A DNA stretch of 64,000 nt from Bacilli bacterium (GTDB lineage: Bacteria; Bacillota_I; Bacilli_A; RFN20; CAG-826). The notes under the pieces were generated by a model. That model saw nothing but the letters and a program-made list of their open reading frames with translations. It was not told where the DNA came from and searched no databases. Both the position numbers and the translations under genes were made by a program. Where the stretch lies: positions 1 through 64,000 of the forward strand of contig JAZLKX010000046.1 of the NCBI GenBank assembly GCA_045597865.1, in the 5' to 3' direction. Of this stretch, positions 44,650-54,808 are shown piece after piece (position 1 is the first letter of the stretch; every line of letters begins with the position of its first letter).

Positions 44650-46575
44650 ATGAAAGTAATAACTAAAATCATAATAAGCAACGATCCGCCTAATGATAGA
44701 GGTGTTATTTGGGCTGATAGCAAAAATAATGTTATCAAAGTCAATGAGAATGGATTGTGGATAACATACGGAGGAAGCGGAGGTTCGGGAGATATTCCTC
44801 CTGAGATACTTGCAAAGATTAACGCTACTGCAAAGAAAGCAGAAGAAACAGAGATATTGTTATCCCAAAAGATTGTAATATACGACAAGGCTATTGAAGA
44901 AATTAATAACAAGCTAGCTTCGGTTTATAATATCAAAGGCAGTAAAACACTAGCTCAAATAAAAGCTCTTGTTATGACCGACAAGAATATCGGTGATGTA
45001 TATAATGTTACAACCAAAGGTGTTCTTTACGAAGGTACAGCAAAAGAAATCAAGATTAGCAAAGGTGATAACATTGTTTGGACAGCAGAAGGTTGGGATA
45101 AACTAGCTGCTTCAATAGATGTAGAAGATTTAGAAGAAGTCTTTGTTAAGAAAAACCAAGGAGCAGAGCTTAAAGGCAAGGCATTGGTAATTGATGACAA
45201 TGGCTTTGTAACCGCTAAAGAGGTTGAGTTTGATGCTGTTAAAGAAGTCGAAGAATTACCCGAAGAGAAAGAGAACGTAATATACAATGTTGAAACTGAT
45301 ATAAGTAAAGAAGTTTATAGCAAAGGGATTAAATTAGTAACCGCTAATGATGCAAAAAAATATCAAGAAAAGAATGATACTAATTTAGACTTAAAAGAAG
45401 GTATATATGATGTTGTAGAAGCTATAAATAAAAACAACGAAAATGGTTATGATGTTCTATTTACAAAAGAGCCAACAGGAAAATTTGTTGACCTAGAATT
45501 ATCAAGTGGAACTCTTTGGGCAGATAGAAATATTGGAGCATTAAGTTTGGGTGATAGTGGTAATTGGTATTATCACGATGACCCTAAAGTAATAACTCCT
45601 AATAAAGAGTTTAGTACAATATCTGATATTAGTATCGAAGAATATATACAAAACTTTATAGATAATTTTGATAGTGGATTAGAAACTTCTAGCGAAGAAG
45701 AAACTAGAACTTATCAAATAAATGGAGTTACTTATAATATTACTAAATCTCCAAAAGCAGATATTCCTGATGAGATAATAGAAGAAGCTTTATCAAGAGA
45801 TACTTGGATAACAAAATATCCTGAACGATTTACTAGTGAGCCATTAACTCCAAGAGCAGAAACTAATTGGGGTACTCAAATTATGGTTAAGAGATATGAA
45901 AATATAAATTGGAAGTATGATATAGCTCAAATAAATGGTTTAGGTAGAGTTGCTTCTTTTGGACAATGCTTGGAATTGCTATTTAAAACAGATATATTCT
46001 TTTGGGATATAACAAATGAAGATGGAACAACAGTTTTTTTTCAAGTTGCAATTAATCCGAAATATTACCCTGGAGATAATCCTGATTATAATTGGAAACG
46101 AATATTCCAAGAAGGGAAATATTTAGTATTACCTTCAAGTGGTTCAAGTGGTAAATATCCTTATAATTATACAAATACTACATATAATAAGACTTATGGT
46201 GCAACACAATTAGGTAATCAAAGTATTGAATATTTTACTAATTGGGTAACTCCTAAATGGTATTTTGCAACAGCAGGAGTAGGATACGGTAAACGTTTAA
46301 GCGCAGAAGCACAAGGATATATTTTAAATAATATGCGTGCTGTTTATGCTAAATGTCCTGAATTTGTTTTACACAAAGATAATCCTGATGTTCATGTAAC
46401 TCCTGAGCAAAAAGAAAAATTGGATAATGTAACAAATATTGTTGCTAATCCCGAAGATGCCTCAGAAACAGACATTAGTCTTAAAAGTATTAAAATCGGT
46501 GATACTAACTACAAAGTTAGTGGAGGCGATGTTGATATTGCAACCGAAGAAGATATTAATGATATTTTTAGCTAA
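44650..46575 (+). CDS. Virion fibre/receptor-binding protein
   Basis: N-terminal IIISNDPP..IW, KGS...GDVYNV...WD module, VDLELSSGTLWADRNIGA domain, C-terminal ATEEDINDIF. Confidence 0.65.
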   Translation: MKVITKIIISNDPPNDRGVIWADSKNNVIKVNENGLWITYGGSGGSGDIPPEILAKINATAKKAEETEILLSQKIVIYDKAIEEINNKLASVYNIKGSKTLAQIKALVMTDKNIGDVYNVTTKGVLYEGTAKEIKISKGDNIVWTAEGWDKLAASIDVEDLEEVFVKKNQGAELKGKALVIDDNGFVTAKEVEFDAVKEVEELPEEKENVIYNVETDISKEVYSKGIKLVTANDAKKYQEKNDTNLDLKEGIYDVVEAINKNNENGYDVLFTKEPTGKFVDLELSSGTLWADRNIGALSLGDSGNWYYHDDPKVITPNKEFSTISDISIEEYIQNFIDNFDSGLETSSEEETRTYQINGVTYNITKSPKADIPDEIIEEALSRDTWITKYPERFTSEPLTPRAETNWGTQIMVKRYENINWKYDIAQINGLGRVASFGQCLELLFKTDIFFWDITNEDGTTVFFQVAINPKYYPGDNPDYNWKRIFQEGKYLVLPSSGSSGKYPYNYTNTTYNKTYGATQLGNQSIEYFTNWVTPKWYFATAGVGYGKRLSAEAQGYILNNMRAVYAKCPEFVLHKDNPDVHVTPEQKEKLDNVTNIVANPEDASETDISLKSIKIGDTNYKVSGGDVDIATEEDINDIFS

Positions 46576-46748
46576 TGCTTAGAAGATTAAGTCATAAAAA
46601 TAAATATCCTCGAAAACACAAAATTGAGTTTTCAAAAAACAAAAAGAAAGGTCATAACTGGGTTCTCCGTTCAAAGCTCAAAAAGTTTGAAGGACGGAGA
46701 ATCGGGTTTAGCCGACTAAAAGATAAAGAAATAATTTATTGGAACTAA
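46575..46748 (+). CDS. 57-aa basic ORF (not in the ORF track)
   Basis: TAATG overlap; MLRRLSHKNKYPRK; overlaps a strong hairpin. Confidence 0.35.
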   Translation: MLRRLSHKNKYPRKHKIEFSKNKKKGHNWVLRSKLKKFEGRRIGFSRLKDKEIIYWN

Positions 46749-46760
46749 TATATTTAAATT

Positions 46761-47186
46761 ATGGAATTGGAGAAACTAATTAACGTAGAGAGATTAACTC
46801 AGTTCAAATTGAACTTGATGGAATCTACCGATGGTTCGTTGACTGTTAAAAACGAAGACCACGCAAAGATTGATATTGCTGCAAAAATCTCTGAAGAAGA
46901 AGGCAATATCCTAGAACTAAAAGAAGATGGTTTGTTTGTATCACCCGATGGTGCTTTGTTGTCAACCGACAATTCAATTAGCATTGAAGCAGTTGATACT
47001 GACGAAGCTAAAGGTACTGACCTTAAACTAAAAGTATCGGAAGAAGAAGGTAATGCTATCGAAATCAAAGAAGATGGTGTATTTGTTCAAGGTTATGAAA
47101 TCGCTACCGAACAAGACATTATGGACATTTTCTCGGTAACTACCTCAGATCCTGATAGCGGTAAACCTGTTGTACCTGAACCTTAA
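46761..47186 (+). CDS. Short fibre segment/adaptor
   Basis: Two STD.S...K.SEEEGN..E.KEDG repeats; shares terminal motifs with its neighbours. Confidence 0.65.
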   Translation: MELEKLINVERLTQFKLNLMESTDGSLTVKNEDHAKIDIAAKISEEEGNILELKEDGLFVSPDGALLSTDNSISIEAVDTDEAKGTDLKLKVSEEEGNAIEIKEDGVFVQGYEIATEQDIMDIFSVTTSDPDSGKPVVPEP

Positions 47187-47210
47187 TTCTAATTAAACTA
47201 AGTAATAAGA

Positions 47211-49043
47211 ATGGCTGAGAAATTAATTAATTTAGACAATCTTAATACTTTCAAACTTAACTTGGTAGAGTCAACTGATGGCTCTATCAACGTTAAGAAT
47301 GAAAATGAAAGTAAAATAGATTTATCAATCAAAATATCAGAAGAAACTGGAAATGCTCTTGAGGTAAAAGACGACGGCATTTATTCAGGTTCGGCAGATG
47401 GTTTGGTGGAGGTAGATGTAGTACCTTACCCATATAAGCGAGAAAAGAAGATATATAAAACACCATACGGCGAATATAAACTATATACAGGAAAGGGAGA
47501 AACATACTACGAAAGTTGGGAGCTAGGAGAAGCAAGATATACTTCTGGAACAATGTTTCCTAACACTACTCTAGCAGAAGAAATAGCACGTTGGAGAAGC
47601 GAGGTAGTTGGAAGTTATATTAATGCTGTAAGTGGTGGCGATGACAAAGTTCTACTTAAAATAGAAAGTGTTGCTGACAATGGTCAGTTGTATTATGGAA
47701 CTACAAACATTGGTGTTCTACTTCAAGGTGGTCCAAATGTAATTTATAATGGAGCAGGAACTATTTATAGTAATGTTGTTTTTGGTCCATTAAAAATGGC
47801 AGAGGTTTATGCAAAAGAAGTACAACTTGCTACAAAGGACGACCTTAAAAACATTGATATTGATACTACCGATTTTGTAAAGAAAGAAAATCTTACCGAC
47901 AAAAGCATAACTTCTTTGAAAGTAAAGTTAGCAGATGGTGATGTAACTATTGGTGATAACAGCATTACTACAAATACTTCTTCTGATTTTAATGTAGGTG
48001 GACAAAACACTGATATTTATGTTAAAGGTAATACTATAAATCTTAATACTATTTCCGAACTTGATATAACAGCAGGCGATGAGTTATTGATAAATACTAC
48101 TGGTAGCCCAATAACCATTGGTAGTGGAACAGAGCCTCTATATCTAAATGGAACTGGTGCTACACTTGACGTTGATGGTGATATAAACATAACACCTAAG
48201 TCTGATAGTAAGTTAAAGATAGTTTCTGATCAGATAGAAATAAAAAGTAGAAAACCAAGTGGTGATAATTCACTTAAACTATATCCTTATAATCGTGAAG
48301 GAGAATCTAGTAATCTTATTGTTTCAAAAGACGATATTGAAGTAAATGTTTTGTCAACAACTTTTAGATTAGAAGATAATTATTTAGGTATAACTTCAGG
48401 AAATGGAGAAACAGAACAAGGTGATATATGGATTGATAGCGACGGCTGGGTATGTATGCGTGCTAATCAACAATATAGAGTTGATTTAATACAAGATGAT
48501 AATTCAGTTTATCAAAGTGGAAAAACCAAAAATGTTATTTTTGCAAACTGGGACAGTGATGATGAAGGCGACCCATATAACAAACTTAATACTACTATTA
48601 GTGGAGATATACTTACTTTAAAAGCACCAATCATTAACATCAATGGTGTAGTTAAAAAACCATGGACTTTGGTTCATGAACAACATTATCTTTACTCGGG
48701 AGAAGGTAAACGTTATGTATTCGATTTATCTAGCGTAATAAATAAATACTCAGAAATGGCTCTTTATCTTACTGATGACTACGAAAATAATCCATATATG
48801 ACTATTTATAAAGTATTTGATTTGGAACTAATCAAAAACTATATGTGGTTTGTAAGTAGTGATAATCAAGGGTGGTTTAATCTTGATAGACTATATAGAT
48901 GGGACAGTGAAAAAGGTACGTTAAAACGACAAAATATAAATTTAAGATTCCGACTTGATGAAGTATATGGTAAATTCGCATTAGAATGTGAAGAAACTAC
49001 ATTTAATAACGACGGGCAAATCTTTAGAGTATTTATGAGATAG
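47211..49043 (+). CDS. Fibre/spike protein
   Basis: N-terminus paralogous to 46761; beta-rich body. Confidence 0.65.
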   Translation: MAEKLINLDNLNTFKLNLVESTDGSINVKNENESKIDLSIKISEETGNALEVKDDGIYSGSADGLVEVDVVPYPYKREKKIYKTPYGEYKLYTGKGETYYESWELGEARYTSGTMFPNTTLAEEIARWRSEVVGSYINAVSGGDDKVLLKIESVADNGQLYYGTTNIGVLLQGGPNVIYNGAGTIYSNVVFGPLKMAEVYAKEVQLATKDDLKNIDIDTTDFVKKENLTDKSITSLKVKLADGDVTIGDNSITTNTSSDFNVGGQNTDIYVKGNTINLNTISELDITAGDELLINTTGSPITIGSGTEPLYLNGTGATLDVDGDINITPKSDSKLKIVSDQIEIKSRKPSGDNSLKLYPYNREGESSNLIVSKDDIEVNVLSTTFRLEDNYLGITSGNGETEQGDIWIDSDGWVCMRANQQYRVDLIQDDNSVYQSGKTKNVIFANWDSDDEGDPYNKLNTTISGDILTLKAPIININGVVKKPWTLVHEQHYLYSGEGKRYVFDLSSVINKYSEMALYLTDDYENNPYMTIYKVFDLELIKNYMWFVSSDNQGWFNLDRLYRWDSEKGTLKRQNINLRFRLDEVYGKFALECEETTFNNDGQIFRVFMR

Positions 49044-49045
49044 AT

Positions 49046-49318
49046 ATGGAATTTATAAATAACATAATAATAAGCAATAAAGCTCCTAAAGATACAGGGG
49101 CTTTATGGCTTAGACCAACTGATAAGAAACTACTTTGGTTTCCTAAAAGATTTGGTTACGTAAAGACAACTGATATATGCGATAATTGGCAGATTTTAGG
49201 CGATTTGGGACTAATATTCTCTTTGGCTGATAAAGTGAAAGAACTAGAAGAAAAAGTCTATGAATTGACCGTTTTAAGCCAACGAGCAGTATATAAAAAA
49301 GAAACAAACAAAAATTAG
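49046..49318 (+). CDS. Small fibre-type protein
   Basis: IIISNKAPKDTGALWL motif plus coiled coil. Confidence 0.55.
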   Translation: MEFINNIIISNKAPKDTGALWLRPTDKKLLWFPKRFGYVKTTDICDNWQILGDLGLIFSLADKVKELEEKVYELTVLSQRAVYKKETNKN

Positions 49319-49322
49319 TAAT

Positions 49323-50564
49323 ATGGAAAACGAATTAATCGATATTCAAAACCTACAAAGATGTTGTGAGCCTAAGCCTGAGCCTTGTGGTTGCGACCAT
49401 TTACCTGCTCACAATCATCACCATTACATTGTAGATGATAATTGCCATTGTAACGATGCAATGCACCATTACAATCCACATCATCATCATCACGATTGTC
49501 CACCATTCCCATATTGGGGACATCACAAGATTGTAGCAACAATAGACCCACCACACGACAAAACTTGTTTTTGGTTGCGTTACGTTGTAGTAGGCGAACC
49601 CGAAAAAGGTAGAGGAGAGTTTGAACTATTTGTATGGGATATTCCCGAACACCGTTGGCGTAGTCTATACGATACCAATCTTAAAGATATTGCAGATACT
49701 CTCAATGAGTTGGTACAAGATGTTGACGAATTAGAAGAAAAAGTTGGTATGACTTATTCTTTGGAACTAAACAAAGACGAAGAAGGAAACGATCGCATTT
49801 GTTTACTTGCCAACGATGAGATTATATCTAGCGTAACTCTTCCTACTAGCAACCTAGAGTTTGTGGGACAAGGTGGTATTGAAGTAACACAAGAAAACAA
49901 TGTTGTAACTATCTCAGGTGGAGCAAACATTGACTTTGTTGAAAGTGGTGATGTTGTTATTAAAAAAGAAGAAGATACAGTTACAATACATTCTAAAGTA
50001 ATTGCTGGAAACAACCTAACAAAATCTAAAGATGAAGAAACAGGTGATGTTACTTTAAATGCACCTAAATACCTTGGTAAAGGTGGAATTATTATAGAGG
50101 AAGAAGCAAGCGAAGAAGGTGCAAATTACAAAACCTACAATGTAAAACTTAACGATAAACCTTATATTTATAAAGGTAGCGTTGTTGATTTAACAGAACT
50201 TCATAAACTAACTAATCAAAGTGTTGGCGATGTATGGAACGTTGAAACCGCAGGAGAATACGAAGAGCAACACTATGAAGCAAACACCAATTTTGCTTGG
50301 AATGGTAACAAATGGGATAGCCTAGGTGGTATTGTAAAATATCCTGAATTGGTAATTCAAGAACCTGAAGAACCAAAAGCATTTGTTACTAAGATTAAAA
50401 AAATAGCAGGAGAAAGTAATACATTTACCTATGAGACAGCGGATATTGATACTACCAAGTTTGGATTTGATATTGTATCTAATGAAGATAATGAAGTTAC
50501 TATCCAACTACAATATGATGGAGAGGATATAGAAAATTGTAAATTCACAATAACAGGAGAGTAA
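49323..50564 (+). CDS. Fibre protein with His/Cys-rich N-terminus
   Basis: His/Cys cluster, G.GGI.V shaft repeats, YKGSV...GDVWNV...WD module. Confidence 0.65.
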   Translation: MENELIDIQNLQRCCEPKPEPCGCDHLPAHNHHHYIVDDNCHCNDAMHHYNPHHHHHDCPPFPYWGHHKIVATIDPPHDKTCFWLRYVVVGEPEKGRGEFELFVWDIPEHRWRSLYDTNLKDIADTLNELVQDVDELEEKVGMTYSLELNKDEEGNDRICLLANDEIISSVTLPTSNLEFVGQGGIEVTQENNVVTISGGANIDFVESGDVVIKKEEDTVTIHSKVIAGNNLTKSKDEETGDVTLNAPKYLGKGGIIIEEEASEEGANYKTYNVKLNDKPYIYKGSVVDLTELHKLTNQSVGDVWNVETAGEYEEQHYEANTNFAWNGNKWDSLGGIVKYPELVIQEPEEPKAFVTKIKKIAGESNTFTYETADIDTTKFGFDIVSNEDNEVTIQLQYDGEDIENCKFTITGE

Positions 50565-50565
50565 T

Positions 50566-51891
50566 ATGGCAAGAGTAATAATGGACGGAAAGACAATAAA
50601 AATCACTAGTGGTTTTAAAGTTAGATTACTAGGTAAAGATGTTATTGTCCTAAAGAAAGATGGTTACAAAGTTCAGGTAAAAAAAGACGAGAATAAAAAT
50701 AGCATTATAATAAAAGATGAACCTAAAAGTATAAATATAGCATTAATAGATGCCACTAATAATTATACTTTAATTGTTTACAATTACAGATTTGCAACTA
50801 GCTACGATAGCTTTAAAAATGCTATGCAAGTAATGTATAATGGTTATGAAATACCAACAGGAAGTGTTAAAAGTAAATTGACATTACCAACAGAAGAGCA
50901 AATAACAACTAGCATAAAAAATAATGAAGAAAGCTTAACTGTTAGTTTTACTGTAACAAAATCCAATGAAACAAATGTAACAATACATTTAGCTAAGCAA
51001 TCTTTTGGAAGATATAATTCTTATACAGATTATATCAAAAACAAACCTGATTCTGTTCAAGAAGTTGAAGAAGATACTTACACTCACGCATTTAGCACTA
51101 ATGACTATGTTACTATATTAAAGTTTTTTAAAGAAGGTCAAGGTTGTTATTGTTATGAAATGTTTGTGAAATATGGTGTTGCTCCTTATTATGATGAAAA
51201 TTATATTGTACAACAAATTATGGCAGGAGTAAGAGACATATATGTTGAAGCTACATATTCAGACCAAATAAGTACAGGTAATTTAGAAGAGCAAATAAAG
51301 GACTTTGGATTTAGCGATTCAACATTTAACAGAACATTTAGACAAAATGATTTAGGAAAAAAATTCCAATTATACCAAATTGAAAGTTTGTCTCCTATAA
51401 AGAAAACATTGTTAGAAAATGAATATGCACTAAGTGTATATGACAAAACAAGTAGTATTGTTGGAGATTTTTCATTTAGTCAAGAGTTTGCGTTGGCATC
51501 TTCGGGAACAGCAGACGGAGCTATTTATGCAGTTACAGTTGTAAAAGAAGGTAATATTATAAAAGCTGGACGTGTTATTCCTGTAAAAGATGTAGCTAAT
51601 ATTAATTTAGAATACGTCAATAGAGGTGATTACGGTAATAGATCTAATGCTTATTTGTTTATACCTATTGGAGGAACTGATGATATTTTGGAAGATTATC
51701 AAAAACGAACAATAAAAGCAAATGGTAATACTTACGATATATTCAATGTTAAAATAACAGTAGCATACGATACTCCAAGTGGAAAACAAACAGAAAAACA
51801 ACAATTCTATTTTGTTTGGAAACAAATCGATGTAAGCGAAGACTCTTGGGTAACACCCGAAGCTTGGGTTTATCACACTAGAGTTAGTTAA
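50566..51891 (+). CDS. Putative structural protein
   Basis: 441-aa beta-rich ORF in the fibre cluster. Confidence 0.55.
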   Translation: MARVIMDGKTIKITSGFKVRLLGKDVIVLKKDGYKVQVKKDENKNSIIIKDEPKSINIALIDATNNYTLIVYNYRFATSYDSFKNAMQVMYNGYEIPTGSVKSKLTLPTEEQITTSIKNNEESLTVSFTVTKSNETNVTIHLAKQSFGRYNSYTDYIKNKPDSVQEVEEDTYTHAFSTNDYVTILKFFKEGQGCYCYEMFVKYGVAPYYDENYIVQQIMAGVRDIYVEATYSDQISTGNLEEQIKDFGFSDSTFNRTFRQNDLGKKFQLYQIESLSPIKKTLLENEYALSVYDKTSSIVGDFSFSQEFALASSGTADGAIYAVTVVKEGNIIKAGRVIPVKDVANINLEYVNRGDYGNRSNAYLFIPIGGTDDILEDYQKRTIKANGNTYDIFNVKITVAYDTPSGKQTEKQQFYFVWKQIDVSEDSWVTPEAWVYHTRVS

Positions 51892-51906
51892 TAACAATCT
51901 CTACAT

Positions 51907-51934
51907 TACCCGTCGAAAGGCGGGTATTTTTTTT
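51907..51934 (+). terminator. Intrinsic terminator
   Basis: TACCCGTC-GAAA-GGCGGGTA plus T tract. Confidence 0.85.
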
Positions 51935-51979
51935 ACACAATTAGTTAGACTAACTAAAAAGATTAGAAAATGTAAATAT

Positions 51980-52030
51980 TTATTTTAAAAATTAAGGTAT
52001 TGACAAACATTTTTTTTGTTTTCATATTTG
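51980..52030 (+). promoter_or_regulatory. Late-type promoter of the capsid operon
   Basis: TTATTTTAAAAATTAAGGTAT; box ends 36 nt before the end of CATATTTG. Confidence 0.6.
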
Positions 52031-52049
52031 CGGAAAAATTTGGAAGAAT

Positions 52050-53153
52050 ATGGAAGGATTAGATTTGGAAAACATTTTAGACGATGAACAAATTAGTCAG
52101 TTATTTTCTGATGACACAGAAAAACCAACTGATACAGAAAATGGTGAAAAGCCAGCAGAGGAAGAATCTGAAATAGATATAGAAGATTTGTTTGGCGGTG
52201 AAAACAATGAAGATGAGATAGAAATTAAGGAGGATAAGTCATCTAAGGCGACTAATAAGCGAACTTCTAATTCTGTGTATTCTTCCATCGCTAAGGCAAT
52301 GCTAGACGATGACTTACTACCTTCTGATTTGCAACAAAAGATTAATTTTGACGAAATCAGTACAGCAGAAGATATTAAAGCTTTAATACAAGGTATTATT
52401 GACTTTAATAGAGGAGAACAAGAAACAGAATATCTTAGAGCATTGAAAAGTGGAGTAAGTGAAGACACTCTAAATACATATAAAAATGCAATAGATAGTT
52501 TGGATAATACTTTTACTCCTGAGAAGTTGAGAGAAGAATCGGAAGAAGGTCAAAAGCTTAGACTTAATATTATATATTACAATCTTACAAAAAACAAAGG
52601 ATATTCGGACGAGAAAGCAAAACGAATGATAAAATCTTTTGCAAATAGTGGTGATGATGTTGAAGAAGCTATTGATGCAGTAAGAGAAGTAAGACAAATG
52701 TATTCTAAGCTGTATAATGAAAATGTTGAGACAGAAAGAATACAAAAGCAAAGAGAGAAACAAGACAAAATTAATCGAAACAATTATGTTCACAATCTTG
52801 TCAATAATGGTGCTTTGAAAGGAATCGAAGTTGACAGTAGATTGAAAAACAAAGTAAGCAATATGCTTAATGATAAATCTTACAATGGCAAAAATGCTAT
52901 TGAAATGTTTGAGGAAAGAAATCCTGAATATTACAAAGCTATTGTAGCAACACTTTATACATTGAGCGATGGATTTAATGATTTTGGAAAATTTGTTAAT
53001 CGATTGGCTGGAAAGAAAGCAAAAGAAGGATTTAAGATATTAGATGACTTAGTGAAGAATACAACAGACAATAATTTCAACGGTCTTAAACTAGCGAACA
53101 ATAGCACTAAGAACGAAGAATTAGAAAGTAAGAAAGGTTACGTTTGGAACTAA
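52050..53153 (+). CDS. Scaffold-like protein upstream of the MCP
   Basis: Acidic N-terminus (MEGLDLENILD), helical body, crAss synteny. Confidence 0.7.
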   Translation: MEGLDLENILDDEQISQLFSDDTEKPTDTENGEKPAEEESEIDIEDLFGGENNEDEIEIKEDKSSKATNKRTSNSVYSSIAKAMLDDDLLPSDLQQKINFDEISTAEDIKALIQGIIDFNRGEQETEYLRALKSGVSEDTLNTYKNAIDSLDNTFTPEKLREESEEGQKLRLNIIYYNLTKNKGYSDEKAKRMIKSFANSGDDVEEAIDAVREVRQMYSKLYNENVETERIQKQREKQDKINRNNYVHNLVNNGALKGIEVDSRLKNKVSNMLNDKSYNGKNAIEMFEERNPEYYKAIVATLYTLSDGFNDFGKFVNRLAGKKAKEGFKILDDLVKNTTDNNFNGLKLANNSTKNEELESKKGYVWN

Positions 53154-53179
53154 TAATGATATAAAATACATTTAACAAT

Positions 53180-54742
53180 ATGGCAGAACAAAAAATAAAA
53201 CTATCAAAATGGCAGATGGTAGACTTAAAATCCCAAAAAGTGGGAGGTAATGGTCTTACTATGGATAACCATTTAGGCACACTCTTGATGAATGAGCCAA
53301 ATAGAGCTACTGAAAAAATCGTAGAAATGTTTGCCTATCAAAGAGGTAAAACTTTGCTATCAGAGTTTTATAAACTTCCTGTAAAATATTTCGATAACTA
53401 CAACGAAATTGTTTGGGATTTGATTGGTAGTGCTAGACGAAATATTCCTCTACTAGAAGCACGTAACGAAAAAGGTAATGTAGTTACAGCAGCTTCGGGT
53501 ATGGTAGGTGTAAGCAAAGCTCCATTTGAACTAGTATTTGCCGAAAATTATTTTGGCGAACAAGAAATTATCGTTGGTAATCTTAACGAGCGTTATCAAT
53601 TCCGTATTATTTCGGAAAGACCACGTATGGAAGGTACTAACTATGTTTACAAAGTTCAACTATTTGGTAACAATACTGAGGGTATTCCAGCAGAACGATT
53701 GCTAGCAGGCGAACGCTTTAGCTATATGACAGCATTTGTTGAACGTGAACTATCACGTAAAGCAGGAACTGTTAATTTCAGTACCACAACCAATATGCGT
53801 AATGATTGGAGTTCAATCCGTATCTATGATAGAGCAAGTGGTAGTGAACTAGATCGCAAATTTGCTATTGCAGTACCAATCACTAAACAACACGAAGGAG
53901 ACAACATAAAAGGTAAAACAACCAATATGTGGATGTCTTGGCGTGAATACGAAATGGAACAAAAATGGCGTGAGTATATTGCAAATGCTATTTTGTTTGG
54001 TAGAAGCAATGCTGACGAAAACAACGAAGTTCATGACTTTGGTCGTTCGGGCAACGAAATCCGTACAGGTGCAGGTCTTTACGAACAAATGGAAGCAGGT
54101 AATACTCACTATTACTCACAATTTAGTCTTCGTCGTTTGACTAATGCACTAACAGATTTGTTCTGTGGAACAGGAAACGTAGCACCAAACAATCGCCACG
54201 TAACTCTTGTAACAGGTACTTACGGAGCAATGCAATTCTCAGAAGCAGTACAAAAAGAAGTATTGGGTTGGCAAGTATTTGACTTTAACGCATCTGACCT
54301 AAATATCGTTGGTAAAGCAGCTTCTAATAATTGGAGCGGTAGTACTCCTAGCTTAAAAGCAGGTTTCCAATTTACCGAATACATGGCACCAGGCGGTATT
54401 CACGTATCAGTGATGGTTGACCCAGCATACGACGACCCTGTATGGCACGGTAAAATCAAAATCAATGGCGCACCTGCATTTAGTTACCGTTATGATATTT
54501 TTGACCTATCACCTGATAACAATGGCGAAACCAATGTATTCTTGTGTAAAGTTAAAGGTCAAGAAGAACTACACGGATATAAATTTGGTTTCAGAAACCC
54601 ATGGACAGGTCAACGTAACAATGACTACATGAGTACTGAAATCGACGAAGCTCAATTCCACAAATTCTGCCCTGCAATCGGCGTTTGTGTGCTAGATCCA
54701 ACTAGAACTATGAGCTTTATACCTACTGTACTACAAGGTTAG
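53180..54742 (+). CDS. Major capsid protein (crAss-like)
   Basis: GLT.DNHLG, RRNIPL.EA, PRMEGTN.VYKVQL, ERLLAGERFS, G.GL.EQME, DPTRTMS.IP motifs as recalled for Crassvirales MCP. Confidence 0.92.
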   Translation: MAEQKIKLSKWQMVDLKSQKVGGNGLTMDNHLGTLLMNEPNRATEKIVEMFAYQRGKTLLSEFYKLPVKYFDNYNEIVWDLIGSARRNIPLLEARNEKGNVVTAASGMVGVSKAPFELVFAENYFGEQEIIVGNLNERYQFRIISERPRMEGTNYVYKVQLFGNNTEGIPAERLLAGERFSYMTAFVERELSRKAGTVNFSTTTNMRNDWSSIRIYDRASGSELDRKFAIAVPITKQHEGDNIKGKTTNMWMSWREYEMEQKWREYIANAILFGRSNADENNEVHDFGRSGNEIRTGAGLYEQMEAGNTHYYSQFSLRRLTNALTDLFCGTGNVAPNNRHVTLVTGTYGAMQFSEAVQKEVLGWQVFDFNASDLNIVGKAASNNWSGSTPSLKAGFQFTEYMAPGGIHVSVMVDPAYDDPVWHGKIKINGAPAFSYRYDIFDLSPDNNGETNVFLCKVKGQEELHGYKFGFRNPWTGQRNNDYMSTEIDEAQFHKFCPAIGVCVLDPTRTMSFIPTVLQG

Positions 54743-54760
54743 CATATATTGTTTTTTTTA

Positions 54761-54794
54761 ATTAGGAGGGGTATTAAAACCCTTCCTAATTTTT
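54761..54794 (+). terminator. Intrinsic terminator
   Basis: ATTAGGAGGG...CCCTTCCTAAT-TTTT. Confidence 0.8.
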
Positions 54795-54808
54795 AATTTT
54801 ATTTAATT

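Noticed and set aside
45470-46360. Diversity-generating retroelement acting on the VDL.L.SGTLWA domain
   Set aside because: No reverse transcriptase or adenine-variant template repeat was found in the window; one may lie outside it.
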